Shown in pieces: positions 1 to 10,354 of a stretch of DNA of 64,000 nt; the stretch's first letter is position 1, and each line of letters starts with the position of its first letter. The notes under the pieces were generated by a model that saw only the letters and a list, made by a program, of their open reading frames with translations, was not told the origin of the DNA and did no database searches. The DNA comes from a virus, in IMG/VR virus record IMGVR_UViG_3300047494_000061, positions 5,801 to 69,800 of that record; one strand, written 5' to 3'. A program made the translations under genes and the position numbers.

Positions 1-2186
1 AACTCTTTGACCGGCGCTCCCTTGACCGGCGTTCTCGTCAGATTTTCAATTCCTGACGGTTTGAACGCTGATCCTGTGGGAACATGGACGTATGGATGCT
101 CCCCAGCCGCTACTCGATCCGTCCATCGTTGCAACTCCTCGGCCGATTGCCCAGGTGCTGGCGGAGAACCTTGGGCTTTTACCGCCGCCTCATTCGCCGC
201 GTTCTCCCGCCGCGCGAGTTCTTCCTGCACCAGAGCCTTGCGTTGTCCTGTGGTCAAAGCCAAACCCGCCAACCGCTTTTCCATCTGATCTGCAGGAATC
301 AGAGCCGGAAGTGATTGAAGAGCCTGACGAGCCGCGATCACAGGCTTCGTGTTTGGTAGAACTGCCGGAAGCTCTTGGCTGGAAGATTGAGCGGAAGTCG
401 CACTTCCGGCTTTCGGGGCTTCCACTGCCGCAGCTTGATCCTCTTTAGCCTGTCCGATGTCATCCTTGCGCTGCTCAATCGCTTCCTTCTGAGCGTCCTG
501 TTGCGCTTGGGCCGCTTCCGCTCTCCGGTCAACCTCGTCGTTGATGATGTTCGTCGCGATCGTTCTCGCCGATTGCTCTTGCGACTGAGGACTTTGGCCT
601 GTGACCGTGATGACTTTGTTGTCCGGTCCTACGATGGTTCCTTTCGACACAATCCACTTCGCAAGGTTTTGCACCGACGACAGGATTCCCTGCGGTTTTA
701 GCGGAGGAGGAAGCGCATCGATGCCAGCGCCGGCCAAATCGACCGTCTTCTGAGTCAACGATCCCTGATCCATTCCCTCGGGCAACGGAATCTGCTTCGA
801 TCCTGGCGCACCCGGAGGAGGAGGGGGCGGAGGAGGAGGAGCGGCCCCAGCAATTCTTTCAGCAGTCAGCTTGTCCGACGCTGCGCGCGCTGCAGTAGCC
901 GTGACAGCATCTACCAATTCCGCGGACTGGATCTCAGTAGGACTCGGAGGAGGAGTGTTCCCTGGGAGTCCTGTCGGCCCCTGGTCGGAGACGTTAATTC
1001 CTGCGCTTCGCGGCTTGGCGTAGGACGCTTCAAACGGCCCTACCCTGCCAGCAACACCGACGGCTTCGGGACTGGTGGCACCTGTGACCTTAACACGTCC
1101 GCCAAAGCCTGAGACGGTTGCGCGATTGACATCCCCTTGGCGCTCGGTCATCGCTTCGAGTCCTGCGGCTTTAACTGCCACATCAGGCAGGAAGAAGCCG
1201 AGCGTATGGAAGAACTCTTGCTCGTCGGGGGTCGCGCCCATCTTTGCCGCTACTTCTTTGGCTCCTTCGCCCGCAAGTATCCCGGCTCCATAGAATGCTG
1301 CGGCCCTGAATGGGGCTTGCGCGATGCCAGCGAACATCAGGGGCTTGGTGACATCCATCGCGCCAGACATCGCCTGAGTCGCGCCCTTGGCTGCTTTGTT
1401 GAAGTCTGGGGCGGCAGGCTTATTGGTGGGTAAAGCCATGCCGCCAGTGCCGGGGGAAGCCCCGAGAACGCCGCTTTCCGCAACATCGGCGAGTCCTGCG
1501 CCGACATCCTTTACATCTTGGACGGGATGCTCGGGAAGAATCTGTCGAGCGGTCGAGGGAGTCATCGTCCCGCCGCTTGCCACGGCCTGAGCGTCCCGGT
1601 CGGGATTTTCGGTGGTATCGATAACGCCCGAAGCTGGGCCTACTTGTTGGGGAAATCCGCCTTCGACCGGCTGAACTCGCGCATCGTTTGGATTGACGTT
1701 TGGCGCACCGGCGACGAGAGGCGCTTCGGCTGGACCTTCCTCCATCGGGCGCGGGCCGGTGGCCGACGCGAGCCTCGTGCGCACGGTATCCCCGCTTAGC
1801 GGCTTCAGGCGATAGGTCTGCGGCGGGGTATAAGGCTGATTCCGATTGAGCGCAATGGATGCATCGCTCTGTGTCGGTGGGCCGAGGTTTGGAAGTTGCG
1901 GGCCGCCATGCTCCGCATTGAGAGGTTTGTCCCAAAAAGCATTCCAATCCATTGCCCGCTTCCATTCTTTCGGGATTCCCCTTCTGTCCGCGGGAGCGTT
2001 AATGCTCTCTGCGGTTGGAAGTGATCCGTTTGGAAGGTCGCCCTCTTGCGGTTTCGGGGTGTAGGGTTTAAGCGGCACGGCGTATGGGTTTACGGGTCCA
2101 GCAGGCTTCTCTGGTGCTACTTGATCGAAAATATCTCCGTTACTTGCGGCCTGATCGGGCGCGACTTCATCAAAAATGTCTGGCAA
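1..2186 (-). CDS. N-terminal part of giant virion/ejection (large polyvalent, DarB-like) protein; runs off left edge
   Basis: Not in the ORF track because it has no stop in the window. Manual translation from TTG at 2186 (MPDIFDEVAPDQAASNGDIFDQVAPEKP...) stays open to position 1. Pro/Ala/Gln-rich with a poly-Pro tract; follows the ejection-protein genes. Confidence 0.75.
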   Translation of the reverse strand, partial: MPDIFDEVAPDQAASNGDIFDQVAPEKPAGPVNPYAVPLKPYTPKPQEGDLPNGSLPTAESINAPADRRGIPKEWKRAMDWNAFWDKPLNAEHGGPQLPNLGPPTQSDASIALNRNQPYTPPQTYRLKPLSGDTVRTRLASATGPRPMEEGPAEAPLVAGAPNVNPNDARVQPVEGGFPQQVGPASGVIDTTENPDRDAQAVASGGTMTPSTARQILPEHPVQDVKDVGAGLADVAESGVLGASPGTGGMALPTNKPAAPDFNKAAKGATQAMSGAMDVTKPLMFAGIAQAPFRAAAFYGAGILAGEGAKEVAAKMGATPDEQEFFHTLGFFLPDVAVKAAGLEAMTERQGDVNRATVSGFGGRVKVTGATSPEAVGVAGRVGPFEASYAKPRSAGINVSDQGPTGLPGNTPPPSPTEIQSAELVDAVTATAARAASDKLTAERIAGAAPPPPPPPPPGAPGSKQIPLPEGMDQGSLTQKTVDLAGAGIDALPPPLKPQGILSSVQNLAKWIVSKGTIVGPDNKVITVTGQSPQSQEQSARTIATNIINDEVDRRAEAAQAQQDAQKEAIEQRKDDIGQAKEDQAAAVEAPKAGSATSAQSSSQELPAVLPNTKPVIAARQALQSLPALIPADQMEKRLAGLALTTGQRKALVQEELARRENAANEAAVKAQGSPPAPGQSAEELQRWTDRVAAGEHPYVHVPTGSAFKPSGIENLTRTPVKGAPVKE

Positions 2187-2198
2187 CGATCTACCCTC

Positions 2199-3812
2199 TT
2201 AGAATTTCCAGCCGGACTGTTGGGCCAGTTGACGTGCCTTGTTCTTGTCCCCGCCCGCAGCGGCAAGGAATTGCCTTGCAAGCGCAGGATCGGTAAGCGG
2301 CTTTCCGCCGCCTTGGGGAAGTCCTGCTGCGGCCGGCTGCTGAGCAGGAGCAGCCGCTTGAGGTCTCGGCGGTAGGGCCGCTGGCGCAGGACTCGGTTGT
2401 TGAACTTGGGGTTGGCCGCCTACCAAGTTGCCATTCTCGTCAATTTGACGCCCAAAGCGCGCGAGAGCCTTGTTTGGAGTCGTGCGGCCGATTTCCTCGA
2501 TCTTGTCGTGGAATTCCTGCGGACTCAACGAGTCGGGCATATTCACCGTTCCCTTGAGGGAAGGGTCAAGCGCGTAGGAGCCGTCTGGTTGCCGCACATA
2601 GGAATCGACAAGGTTCTGCTTTTTCTGCATCGCATCGCTGACAATAGCCGACGCAGCGATATCGGCGTTGGGCTTGTCTGCAGGATTCATGGGACCGCGA
2701 GGCGTGACCGCGCTGCCATCCGGGTTTTCGCGAATTGAGATTGTGGTGTGTTCGGTAGGACCTATTTGGCGTCCCGCCAAGATGGATGCCCGCTCGTTTG
2801 CACCCAAGGGTTTTCCTTGAGTTGGCAGTGCCGCCGTTTTTCCGTCCGGAGTTTGAACGACCACTACTCCGCGCCTGTAGTCGTAATTGCGAATGTTGCC
2901 GGTGACTGGCTTTCCGTTCGCGTCCTGCAATTGAATGCTATCCCCCGGTCTGCCTTCCGGCATTTCGATGGAACGTATCGTTTCCGACGCCTGGGCCGCC
3001 TTATACTTTGGGTCGTCTTTTATGGAAGCCGGAGGAGGCAAGCCGCGAGCCACTACCTTGCCGGTAGGGTCTACCTGTTGCCATTCGCCCATAGGATTAT
3101 TTTTATCGACCGGCACCGTTTTTAGTGATCGCTGATAGGCGTACTCTTTGCGCTGCTCAGCTTGCGCGTTCCAGTCGCGCACCCGCGCTTGGTTCGCGAA
3201 GTCACGATCAGCCCAGTTTGCTTTGGTAGCTTCGTTCTGGTTCTCCCGCTGGATGCCTTGGTTGGCGATGTTGCCCGCATCAATCTTCGCTTGAGTTCCC
3301 TGCTCGGTTCGAGCTTCATTGGCTGTGGCGCGATCCAGAGGAGCCGATCGAATTCCCTGGCCAATCCTTGCCCCAGCTTCCGCCCCACTCTTCCAACCGG
3401 TAGCCGCCGCCGCGAGCCCCGCGCCGATGTTTCTCCAGACGCTAGGCTTGTATGCACCCGACGCGACCTTTGCCGCAAAGTCGCCTTTTTCCTTTGCCAG
3501 TTCGTTCGCGGCGTCGGCGGGTTCTGTGCTGTAGGGCTTGAACTGCGGCGGCGCAGGAGCCGTCAAGGGCTGTTCATCTTGCCCGTCCGAATCTTGGATC
3601 ATCACATTGTCGGAAGAAGTGTCCTGCTGCGGTTGCAGTTCGTTGGTTCTGTACTCCGGCCCCATATCTTGCGCTGTCGTGTCATCGCTTGGCTCGACAT
3701 AGGGAACGACTACGGCAGGAACATTGGGAGGCGCGGCTTCGTCCGAGCCTGAGAGCGCGTTGGCGACAGACTGCCGGTTATCGTCTTCTTCCTCGTCGTC
3801 AAACGGTCCCAC
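2199..3812 (-). CDS. putative internal virion / DNA ejection protein (537 aa)
   Basis: GTG start with AGGAG RBS; Ala/Gln-rich with a GAGLAAAATG hydrophobic stretch; lies between tail genes and the giant gene, as in podoviruses. Confidence 0.55.
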   Translation of the reverse strand: MGPFDDEEEDDNRQSVANALSGSDEAAPPNVPAVVVPYVEPSDDTTAQDMGPEYRTNELQPQQDTSSDNVMIQDSDGQDEQPLTAPAPPQFKPYSTEPADAANELAKEKGDFAAKVASGAYKPSVWRNIGAGLAAAATGWKSGAEAGARIGQGIRSAPLDRATANEARTEQGTQAKIDAGNIANQGIQRENQNEATKANWADRDFANQARVRDWNAQAEQRKEYAYQRSLKTVPVDKNNPMGEWQQVDPTGKVVARGLPPPASIKDDPKYKAAQASETIRSIEMPEGRPGDSIQLQDANGKPVTGNIRNYDYRRGVVVVQTPDGKTAALPTQGKPLGANERASILAGRQIGPTEHTTISIRENPDGSAVTPRGPMNPADKPNADIAASAIVSDAMQKKQNLVDSYVRQPDGSYALDPSLKGTVNMPDSLSPQEFHDKIEEIGRTTPNKALARFGRQIDENGNLVGGQPQVQQPSPAPAALPPRPQAAAPAQQPAAAGLPQGGGKPLTDPALARQFLAAAGGDKNKARQLAQQSGWKF

Positions 3813-3820
3813 GTTCGCTC

Positions 3821-4387
3821 CTACTTCCCTGCGTAAGCTCCACCCACCGAGCCCCCAGCGCCGACCGCATCTCCGACAAGGGCCAATTCCGCTTTCTGCT
3901 CGGCGTCGTCCGCTTGCGTCATGGAAGACAGGTCGCTCGATTGCGCTCCCAAAGATGTTCCATAGATTCCCGCTTCGGAGTTCGCGCCTGCCTGCTCGTC
4001 CTGAAGCAGCTTGTCCTGTTGATTGAGCCAGGTGTTTTCGTTCTGCGTGTCGCGCGTGGCGTTGTAATTCGTGAGGTCGCGCTGGCCTTGGCGGGCGATG
4101 GAAGCCTCTTCGTTCGGGAGGGCTGCGGAGTTTGTTCCGGTTCGCGCGACTCCGCTTTCCAGCGCCTGTTTCGCGGCATCGTTTTCCGAATTCATCGCGC
4201 CGGACGTGGCTAGGTTCTGCTGGGTAAGGTAGGCTTTGGATTCAAAAGGATTTCCTGCGGCAAGAGCCGAGTTGACATTCGACATATACCCGGCTTCGTC
4301 GCCTTGGTACGCTCCAAGCGCGGCGGCGGCGTTGTCGTAGTTCTGCGTTGCTGCGGAGTGATCTATTCCAGGAGCGGGATTCGAGAT
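3821..4387 (-). CDS. putative small internal virion/ejection protein; start either ATC 4387 or ATG 4285
   Basis: Ala/Gln/Asn-rich helical protein with Gly-rich C-terminus; frame is open upstream to an ATC 5 nt after GGAGGT. Confidence 0.55.
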   Translation of the reverse strand: MSNPAPGIDHSAATQNYDNAAAALGAYQGDEAGYMSNVNSALAAGNPFESKAYLTQQNLATSGAMNSENDAAKQALESGVARTGTNSAALPNEEASIARQGQRDLTNYNATRDTQNENTWLNQQDKLLQDEQAGANSEAGIYGTSLGAQSSDLSSMTQADDAEQKAELALVGDAVGAGGSVGGAYAGK

Positions 4388-4406
4388 GTCACACCTCCGC
4401 GACGTA

Positions 4407-4421
4407 ACGCAGAGTAGCAGA
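4407..4421 (-). promoter_or_regulatory. putative late promoter (TCTGCTACTCTGCGT, extended -10 TGn-TACTCT), copy 1 of 5
   Basis: Identical 15-mer occurs in five intergenic gaps upstream of structural genes. Confidence 0.8.
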
Positions 4422-4429
4422 CACGAAGA

Positions 4430-4876
4430 CTACAACCAACGCCTCCAGCGCACCAGCCCGTCGTCCAAGGGCCAAAACTTTAACTTCCGAAAGACTTTCC
4501 ACATCCTGTCTTTCAGGGCGATAGGACACGTGGCGATCACGCAATCGAATCTGAGGTCTTTCAGCCATGCGCCAAGATCGCTTTCAAGCGCCGCCGACTC
4601 CTCAAAACCAGCCTCGGAGCAGCCCATCTTGATGACTTCCACTTGCGCCTCGACGAATAGGAGATCCACTACTTCTCCGCTGGAATCTTCGGCCACGAGC
4701 GCCAGCATGACAGGAAACTCGAAAAGGTTGGCTTTTCTCTGCCGCTGCTTCATGTACCGTTCGCTGACGAGGCGGATTCTCTCGATTGCTTCCCTGTCCG
4801 AAGGCTTGGCGATGCGCCAAGTAAGCTCTCCCGTTTTCTTCGAGTAGTCCCGCCAATAAGAAAGCCAGTCGGTCAT
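4430..4876 (-). CDS. GNAT-fold-like virion assembly protein (T7 gp13-like position)
   Basis: N-terminal WRIAKPSDREAIERI resembles the GNAT beta1-alpha1 start; located just before the ejection genes. Confidence 0.45.
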   Translation of the reverse strand: MTDWLSYWRDYSKKTGELTWRIAKPSDREAIERIRLVSERYMKQRQRKANLFEFPVMLALVAEDSSGEVVDLLFVEAQVEVIKMGCSEAGFEESAALESDLGAWLKDLRFDCVIATCPIALKDRMWKVFRKLKFWPLDDGLVRWRRWL

Positions 4877-5388
4877 GCCAGCACCACCACTCTCATTGAA
4901 TTTGCGGCCGGCGCGACTCCGAAGACGATGGTCACGGTATTCGCGCTGGTCATCTGAATTGTAACCGCCTGCACCGCGTATGGGCTGGTCAGGGAGTAGA
5001 CCTGCACGATTACGTCTTTCGTTCCAAGATTATGCGTGATGACATAGCTGGTCGCCGAACCATCCCCAAAAGTCTGCGAATATTTGGAGACGCCCGACCC
5101 GTGCGCCGCGATCATCTGATTCGGCCATGAGCCGCTGATAGAGACGTTCGACCCTTGAACCAGGCCGGGAGTAGCCGTGCCAGTCCCGCCGTGCTCCACC
5201 GCGACAGGAGTCACAAGTTTCAGATTCACGTTGGCTAAAGGAGCGGTAGGAGAGGAGTCCATTGATAGAGTGGCGTCTGTGGTGATGGACGCAATATTGC
5301 CGCCGGACCCCGCGAACGCGGCCGATCCTGCGCTGATCGCATAGTCGGCCACATTGGCGTGAGTCTTCGAGGACGCCGGACTGCTCAT
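4873..5388 (-). CDS. short tail-fibre-like protein (171 aa)
   Basis: Likely start ATG 5388 overlapping the upstream TGA; VEHGGTGTAT fibre repeat and C-terminal YVITHNLGTKDVIVQVY module typical of phage fibres. Confidence 0.6.
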   Translation of the reverse strand: MSSPASSKTHANVADYAISAGSAAFAGSGGNIASITTDATLSMDSSPTAPLANVNLKLVTPVAVEHGGTGTATPGLVQGSNVSISGSWPNQMIAAHGSGVSKYSQTFGDGSATSYVITHNLGTKDVIVQVYSLTSPYAVQAVTIQMTSANTVTIVFGVAPAANSMRVVVLA

Positions 5389-6914
5389 ATCCACGCCGCC
5401 AAAAGCCAGTTCACATTGCCGGTCCAGGTAAGCACGGAAGGGTTCGCGTAAAGCAAGGTGGGAACCAGACCTATCATGCCGCACTGCAGGATTCCGCTCA
5501 TGACGTGCGGTTCGGGAAGATCGTATTGCGCCGGAGTGCAGATCGAAAGCATATCGGTAGAGTTGAATCCTGCGGGAAGCGCTACCGGGGTTCCTGAAGC
5601 CACTTGACCCGCTCCAATAACAACCGCGTGTCCCCCTTGAAGCTGAATTCTCAAAAAAGGAAAGCCGCCCACCATCGTGACATCCGCGCCCTCTTCCCAC
5701 GCGATCGCCATCCAATTGGCGGTGGTTCCCCAGATGTTCGAGGCTGAGTCCTGATCCGAATACTCGGCCTGCATGGTCGTGCCGCTCAGTTGATTTTCCC
5801 AGTATCCGTGCGGGCCGTTGCCTGTGTCGACTGCGGCGGTGAGAGAGCAGATAGACATCATCCTGCTGGCGTTGAACCACGATACAGGAGGAGTATAGAT
5901 ATTCGCGCCGTCGACGTTGACCCCTTGCCCGAAGGCCACTCTCGCTCCCCCTGGCAGACGCATGACCGCCCATGTTCCGGTGGAGCTGGTGTGGAGGGTG
6001 ACGTTGGGATTTGTCGGATCGAAGGCGATTGCGAAAACGGAAGCGCTTCCAGATAGGGGAGCGGCGCCGGAGCGCTGACCATAGGTCATGCGGATTTCCA
6101 CTGGGTAATCCGGTATTCCCGCGACGGGAGACGACGGGGTTTGCAGGTCGACATCGCAGGCTGTGACCCCAAAAGTTTCCCCCAAAGTGTTGACCTGATA
6201 TCCGTTCGGTCCTGCGATCGCGACCATACCCGAGGAATATACCTGCGTGGCCAGTTCGAAGATTTCCTGGTCGACGACAAGCGCCGCTCCGATGCCCATC
6301 ACCAAAGACCCCGGAAGCGTGAATAGGGCCCACAGGGAATTGCCAGCGTTCTCCAGCGTGACCTGGTTGATGAGTCCGCCCAAAGCGGTGCCGCTATTTG
6401 CGTTTTTCCACTTGTTGAAATTGATTCCGTCGAAGCTGGAGCGGAATTGGAAGTACCATGTGCCGGAACCGAGTCCGGTGATTGTCCAATAGACCTGCGC
6501 CGAGCCCGTGTTTCCGCCAAAGACCTGGGTGTTGGAATTGACGTTGAACGCAGGACTCGTCGACGCTCGAATCTGGTGATAGATAGTCTGGACGGGCTGA
6601 AGAGGAGTTAGAGGACTGAAGTTTCCTTTCGCTTCCTGCGCCTGAAGCGTGCTGATCGGCGAAGACGCCCCTGGATTGACGAGCTGGACGATATAGTTCC
6701 CCGAGAGAAGACTGACCGATCCGGTCGCTTGGGCGGGAACGGGAGCCGCAGGATTCGGCTGCCCTGGCGTTGGTGAGGCAATAGGAGTCGTGCCGGTAGC
6801 CGCCTGCTGTTGCGTCGTGGTTTGCGCCATCGCCTGCAGGACTTCAAGCAGGCTGGCCGAGTCTCCCCGAGAGGCTGCGAGTATCTTTTGCTGCGAGATG
6901 GAGGGTCCTGCCAT
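5385..6914 (-). CDS. tail structural protein (509 aa, beta-rich, Fn3-like segment)
   Basis: TITGLGSGTWYFQFRS resembles an Fn3 motif; located in the tail gene cluster. Confidence 0.5.
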   Translation of the reverse strand: MAGPSISQQKILAASRGDSASLLEVLQAMAQTTTQQQAATGTTPIASPTPGQPNPAAPVPAQATGSVSLLSGNYIVQLVNPGASSPISTLQAQEAKGNFSPLTPLQPVQTIYHQIRASTSPAFNVNSNTQVFGGNTGSAQVYWTITGLGSGTWYFQFRSSFDGINFNKWKNANSGTALGGLINQVTLENAGNSLWALFTLPGSLVMGIGAALVVDQEIFELATQVYSSGMVAIAGPNGYQVNTLGETFGVTACDVDLQTPSSPVAGIPDYPVEIRMTYGQRSGAAPLSGSASVFAIAFDPTNPNVTLHTSSTGTWAVMRLPGGARVAFGQGVNVDGANIYTPPVSWFNASRMMSICSLTAAVDTGNGPHGYWENQLSGTTMQAEYSDQDSASNIWGTTANWMAIAWEEGADVTMVGGFPFLRIQLQGGHAVVIGAGQVASGTPVALPAGFNSTDMLSICTPAQYDLPEPHVMSGILQCGMIGLVPTLLYANPSVLTWTGNVNWLLAAWI

Positions 6915-7145
6915 TTAGCGTCTCGACGGGTAGATGAACGCGGTGTTGTCCCTAACGATCAGCGTTGCGCTCGAGTATTCGATCCAAGCCTTCGGCTGCA
7001 ACTTGCCGTAGCGCTCGAATACCGTGATTCCTTCCGCCCCGCAAATGTCCACTTTGCGAACCTTTTGCTCGGTGCTCGGATCGCCCCGGTCCACCGGCCA
7101 GACTAGCGGCCATTCTTCCTTCGCGTTGAAATAGACTCTTACCAT
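6915..7145 (-). CDS. hypothetical protein (76 aa)
   Basis: ATG with GGAGG RBS; abuts both neighbours. Confidence 0.55.
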   Translation of the reverse strand: MVRVYFNAKEEWPLVWPVDRGDPSTEQKVRKVDICGAEGITVFERYGKLQPKAWIEYSSATLIVRDNTAFIYPSRR

Positions 7146-9917
7146 TTACACCCCTCCGCCCGGCGTAGGCGCTCCCGGCCATTGCGGATAGACCATCAAA
7201 TCCGACTTGAAGACCTGCCACCAAGCGCCGGGAATGCCGCCGTTATCGATTCCTACCGCCCAACGCATTGAGTATATTCCTGCGTAGGGCATAGGAATGT
7301 CCTGCCTCGTCCTCTGTCCCGGCGTAAGGAAGAACGGGTTGAGCGGTCCCGTGAGAACGTAGGGATAGTCGTTGTCGTCGTAAGCGGTCACATTGCACAA
7401 GCCCTGCCCTGTGCACCACATGCGCGCGCCAGCCAGCTTGTTGTAGACCGTGGACGGGCTCTCTCCAAGGACGCCAACCCAGTTCGAGAAATACCCGACT
7501 TGGTTCCCGTCGTAGTCCTCGTCCCAATACTGGTTGTCGGTCATCGTCTTGATCGAGCCGTCTGCGGCAAAGAAGACCATCTCCGTCTCGACATCCAATC
7601 CCGCGACTTGAACCGCGTTCTTGCTTTTCTGCGGGATGTACACGGCGTCGTTGAACGTCAGAGGGTCTTGCGACCACTTGCGTCCTTCGACGTTGGGAAC
7701 CAGAATTCCCCTGCGCTGCACGAATACGACAGGATCGCCGGTGCCGAAATAGTAGTTGATGACGAACCTGGCGTTGATCGTCGTCGAGCCGTTGACCGGC
7801 GCGAGAATGTGAACCAGCCGGCGCTTATGGTCGATCCTCAGCTTGATGATCTGGCCGTAGTCCCAATTGATCGTCTCCCATGCCGCCTCCTGCTCGCGGC
7901 TTATCAGGGTGGGAGACTGGCCGGTGAACATATAGACCCCGCTGCGATGCACCCACATCGCAAACTCGGAATCGTCCTGCCCCGCAATATCGATCGCGCT
8001 CGCTCCGACAGGACCGTTGCCTCCCCAGACCTTTCTCGGAGTCCATGTGCTCGGATCGCCGCCGCTATTTTCCACGGCGTATCCAGAATTCTCCTTGAAG
8101 GAGTACCCAATTCCTCGAATCTCGCGGTAGCACACCGTCCTGTCGCCGTCGTTTTCCGAAACCTGAAAGTTACCTCCGGGGATGCGCACCATTTCGGGAG
8201 CCTGAATGTCCGAGAAGAGATGGCCGCTCTGATATCCCACCGCGCCTGTATAAACAACGCGCTGGAGAGTCTTGGCGAAATAGACGTCGACGCACGGCGG
8301 GATCTGCACAATATCGAAGTAGTCCGTCACATCGGTCGCGCCGGGAAGATATGTGTCCGTGAAATTGAACAGGGCGGTGGTCGTCACATTGTCTTCAACG
8401 ATGGTCGCGGTGATGGCGACGTTCGGCTGATTGAACCCAGGGGATTCGACATCGGCCTGCGATATGTAAGTGAAGGGTCCGGCCGCGCTCGCCCCGGACA
8501 CCGTTGAGGCGACAACCCTTGCCTGGCAGTTGTAGGGTCCTGTGGGAAGCCTCAAGCACTGGATGGGCCACCCGGACTGGGTGACGTTCACAGGAATCGC
8601 CGCGGAGTCGGAAAAGCCCGTCTGGTACACCGTCTGCGTCTGAAAGAAGACCGTCAAATAGCGAATCCCCGTATCGACGTTTCCAACGGTCGCAGTGGTC
8701 GCCGCGGTGGACGTTTGCGGCAACTGGCTTCCTGTCGGGAATGCGGAGATGGTCTGCGATGCTCCCGAGGCGAGCGGCACGGTGTTGACTTTGGCGTAGT
8801 AGGTCGCATCGACGATCTGGCTGGCATCCGCGCTTGAGTCGGAATCGATGAAGGCGTACAAGTTGACGCCAGTCGCGCCGTAAGCGGCTCCCAGAGTGCC
8901 GCCGGGCAGAAGGTAGGTAGGGATGGCCGCCATCTTCACCGTGAGGTCCACGGCGCTTGCGCTCGTGTTTTTCCACACAAGCACCTTTGTCGTGTCGAGC
9001 ACGCCTTGGGTGTTAGTCAGTTCGTTGGTGCCCTCGCCCACAGGATTGACCAGAGTGCAGCACAAGTAAACCGTGGCTCCCGGCAGGATAGGCGATCCCG
9101 CGTCAACCGTGGTCGTTGGATTCGTCGGAGCGAGCGCGTCTGGAAGGCCAGAGATGAAGATCGGGGTGCATTCTCTCCAGAGAACCGTGTTGTCGATAAC
9201 GTTGGCGTTATAGACTGTCGGCCATGCGGGTTGCGCTCCAGCGGCTCCGCTGACTCCCGACTGAATGCATTGATATAGGTATCCTGTCTGCTTGACCACC
9301 CACGAGCCTTGGCCGTCCGTCTGCCCAAACGTCTGGAAGGTGGAAGGAGAAACCACTTGTCCTGCGCGGTACTGTGTTCCAGGCGTCCACGCCGCGCCGA
9401 AAGGGATGTCGGAAGCGGGATACAGGACGCCGTTCGAAGAGTTGTAAACCAGCGGTCCCTGGCTCGTTGGAAGCAGGAGGTCGGCGAGGGTGATGAACAG
9501 GTTGTTGAACGCTTGGGCCATGACCGGATTCAGCCCCACGAAGGGTTGAAATCCGGTGTTTCCAAAGAACGCCGCGTTCGTCAGGTTGATCAGGCTCGCT
9601 TGAATGAATGGCGGGCACGAGTAGATATTTCCATCGACCGACCCGTAAGCGAAAAGCAGGATGGTCTCGACAGCCTGCAGATTGAGGGTTCCGGGTTGCG
9701 CGGCCAGATAGCGAAGCAGGCCGCCGCCTGTCAGAGAGTTGTTCAGCGAGACTTGAATCCGGGTGGAGTGGCCGAATCTTGTCGCCGTCGACTGGGCGGT
9801 ATACCGCTGATTCTGCGCAATGCGGGCAAGTCCGAGCGGGAGAAGAACCGAGTCGTCCCATTGGCAGGACGACCCGTATCTTGGGATGGAGATCGGCTTA
9901 GCGCCTTCGAAATTCAT
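7146..9917 (-). CDS. tail nozzle / DNA stabilisation protein (P22 gp10 / T7 gp12-like, beta-propeller)
   Basis: 923 aa beta-rich; C-terminal half shows propeller-like WVHRSGVYMFTGQSPTLIS; downstream of the adaptor. Confidence 0.6.
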   Translation of the reverse strand: MNFEGAKPISIPRYGSSCQWDDSVLLPLGLARIAQNQRYTAQSTATRFGHSTRIQVSLNNSLTGGGLLRYLAAQPGTLNLQAVETILLFAYGSVDGNIYSCPPFIQASLINLTNAAFFGNTGFQPFVGLNPVMAQAFNNLFITLADLLLPTSQGPLVYNSSNGVLYPASDIPFGAAWTPGTQYRAGQVVSPSTFQTFGQTDGQGSWVVKQTGYLYQCIQSGVSGAAGAQPAWPTVYNANVIDNTVLWRECTPIFISGLPDALAPTNPTTTVDAGSPILPGATVYLCCTLVNPVGEGTNELTNTQGVLDTTKVLVWKNTSASAVDLTVKMAAIPTYLLPGGTLGAAYGATGVNLYAFIDSDSSADASQIVDATYYAKVNTVPLASGASQTISAFPTGSQLPQTSTAATTATVGNVDTGIRYLTVFFQTQTVYQTGFSDSAAIPVNVTQSGWPIQCLRLPTGPYNCQARVVASTVSGASAAGPFTYISQADVESPGFNQPNVAITATIVEDNVTTTALFNFTDTYLPGATDVTDYFDIVQIPPCVDVYFAKTLQRVVYTGAVGYQSGHLFSDIQAPEMVRIPGGNFQVSENDGDRTVCYREIRGIGYSFKENSGYAVENSGGDPSTWTPRKVWGGNGPVGASAIDIAGQDDSEFAMWVHRSGVYMFTGQSPTLISREQEAAWETINWDYGQIIKLRIDHKRRLVHILAPVNGSTTINARFVINYYFGTGDPVVFVQRRGILVPNVEGRKWSQDPLTFNDAVYIPQKSKNAVQVAGLDVETEMVFFAADGSIKTMTDNQYWDEDYDGNQVGYFSNWVGVLGESPSTVYNKLAGARMWCTGQGLCNVTAYDDNDYPYVLTGPLNPFFLTPGQRTRQDIPMPYAGIYSMRWAVGIDNGGIPGAWWQVFKSDLMVYPQWPGAPTPGGGV

Positions 9918-9941
9918 CGCCGTCGATCCCCCGCAGGACTG

Positions 9942-10334
9942 TTAGCAGCTTCCCTTGGGACCGCGAAAGCGCAGAACGAAAGCGTTTGGAGTCAGAAGAC
10001 CGGCAGGATACGCGCCATTGGCCAGTTCGAGTCCTGTCGTCAACACCGTGACTCTCAGCCCCCAGAGGTTCGGATTGGCGCTTCCCGCAGCCGGAGGGAC
10101 AAGCGTCCCGAGATAGCCCTGCGGCGATTGAAGCACTTCGCCGTTGCTGATCTTTGCAGGGAATCCAATGGCGTCGGAGAGGTTTTTGCCGACCGGAATT
10201 GCGATGTTGTAGAGGTTGACCACATCCCCGGTAGTCCCGTTGTTCACGTAGTTTCCGGAGCACTGGGCGGAGACTTCTACGGTCTTGTCGCGGATATCGT
10301 GAATCGCTGCTGTTGCGGTGAGAGCTACGGACAT
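9942..10334 (-). CDS. small virion structural protein (130 aa)
   Basis: ATG with GGGAG RBS directly after a late-promoter copy; beta-rich. Confidence 0.5.
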   Translation of the reverse strand: MSVALTATAAIHDIRDKTVEVSAQCSGNYVNNGTTGDVVNLYNIAIPVGKNLSDAIGFPAKISNGEVLQSPQGYLGTLVPPAAGSANPNLWGLRVTVLTTGLELANGAYPAGLLTPNAFVLRFRGPKGSC

Positions 10335-10354
10335 TGATCTTCTCCCAATTCGTT

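Noticed and set aside
810-842. (GGA)n run
   Set aside because: Encodes the poly-proline tract of the giant protein; not a regulatory repeat.
5389-6333. N-terminal extension of the 486-aa ORF 4873..6333
   Set aside because: It overlaps the 509-aa tail gene and has Arg-rich shadow composition; the likely start is ATG 5388. A frameshift fusion is unsupported.
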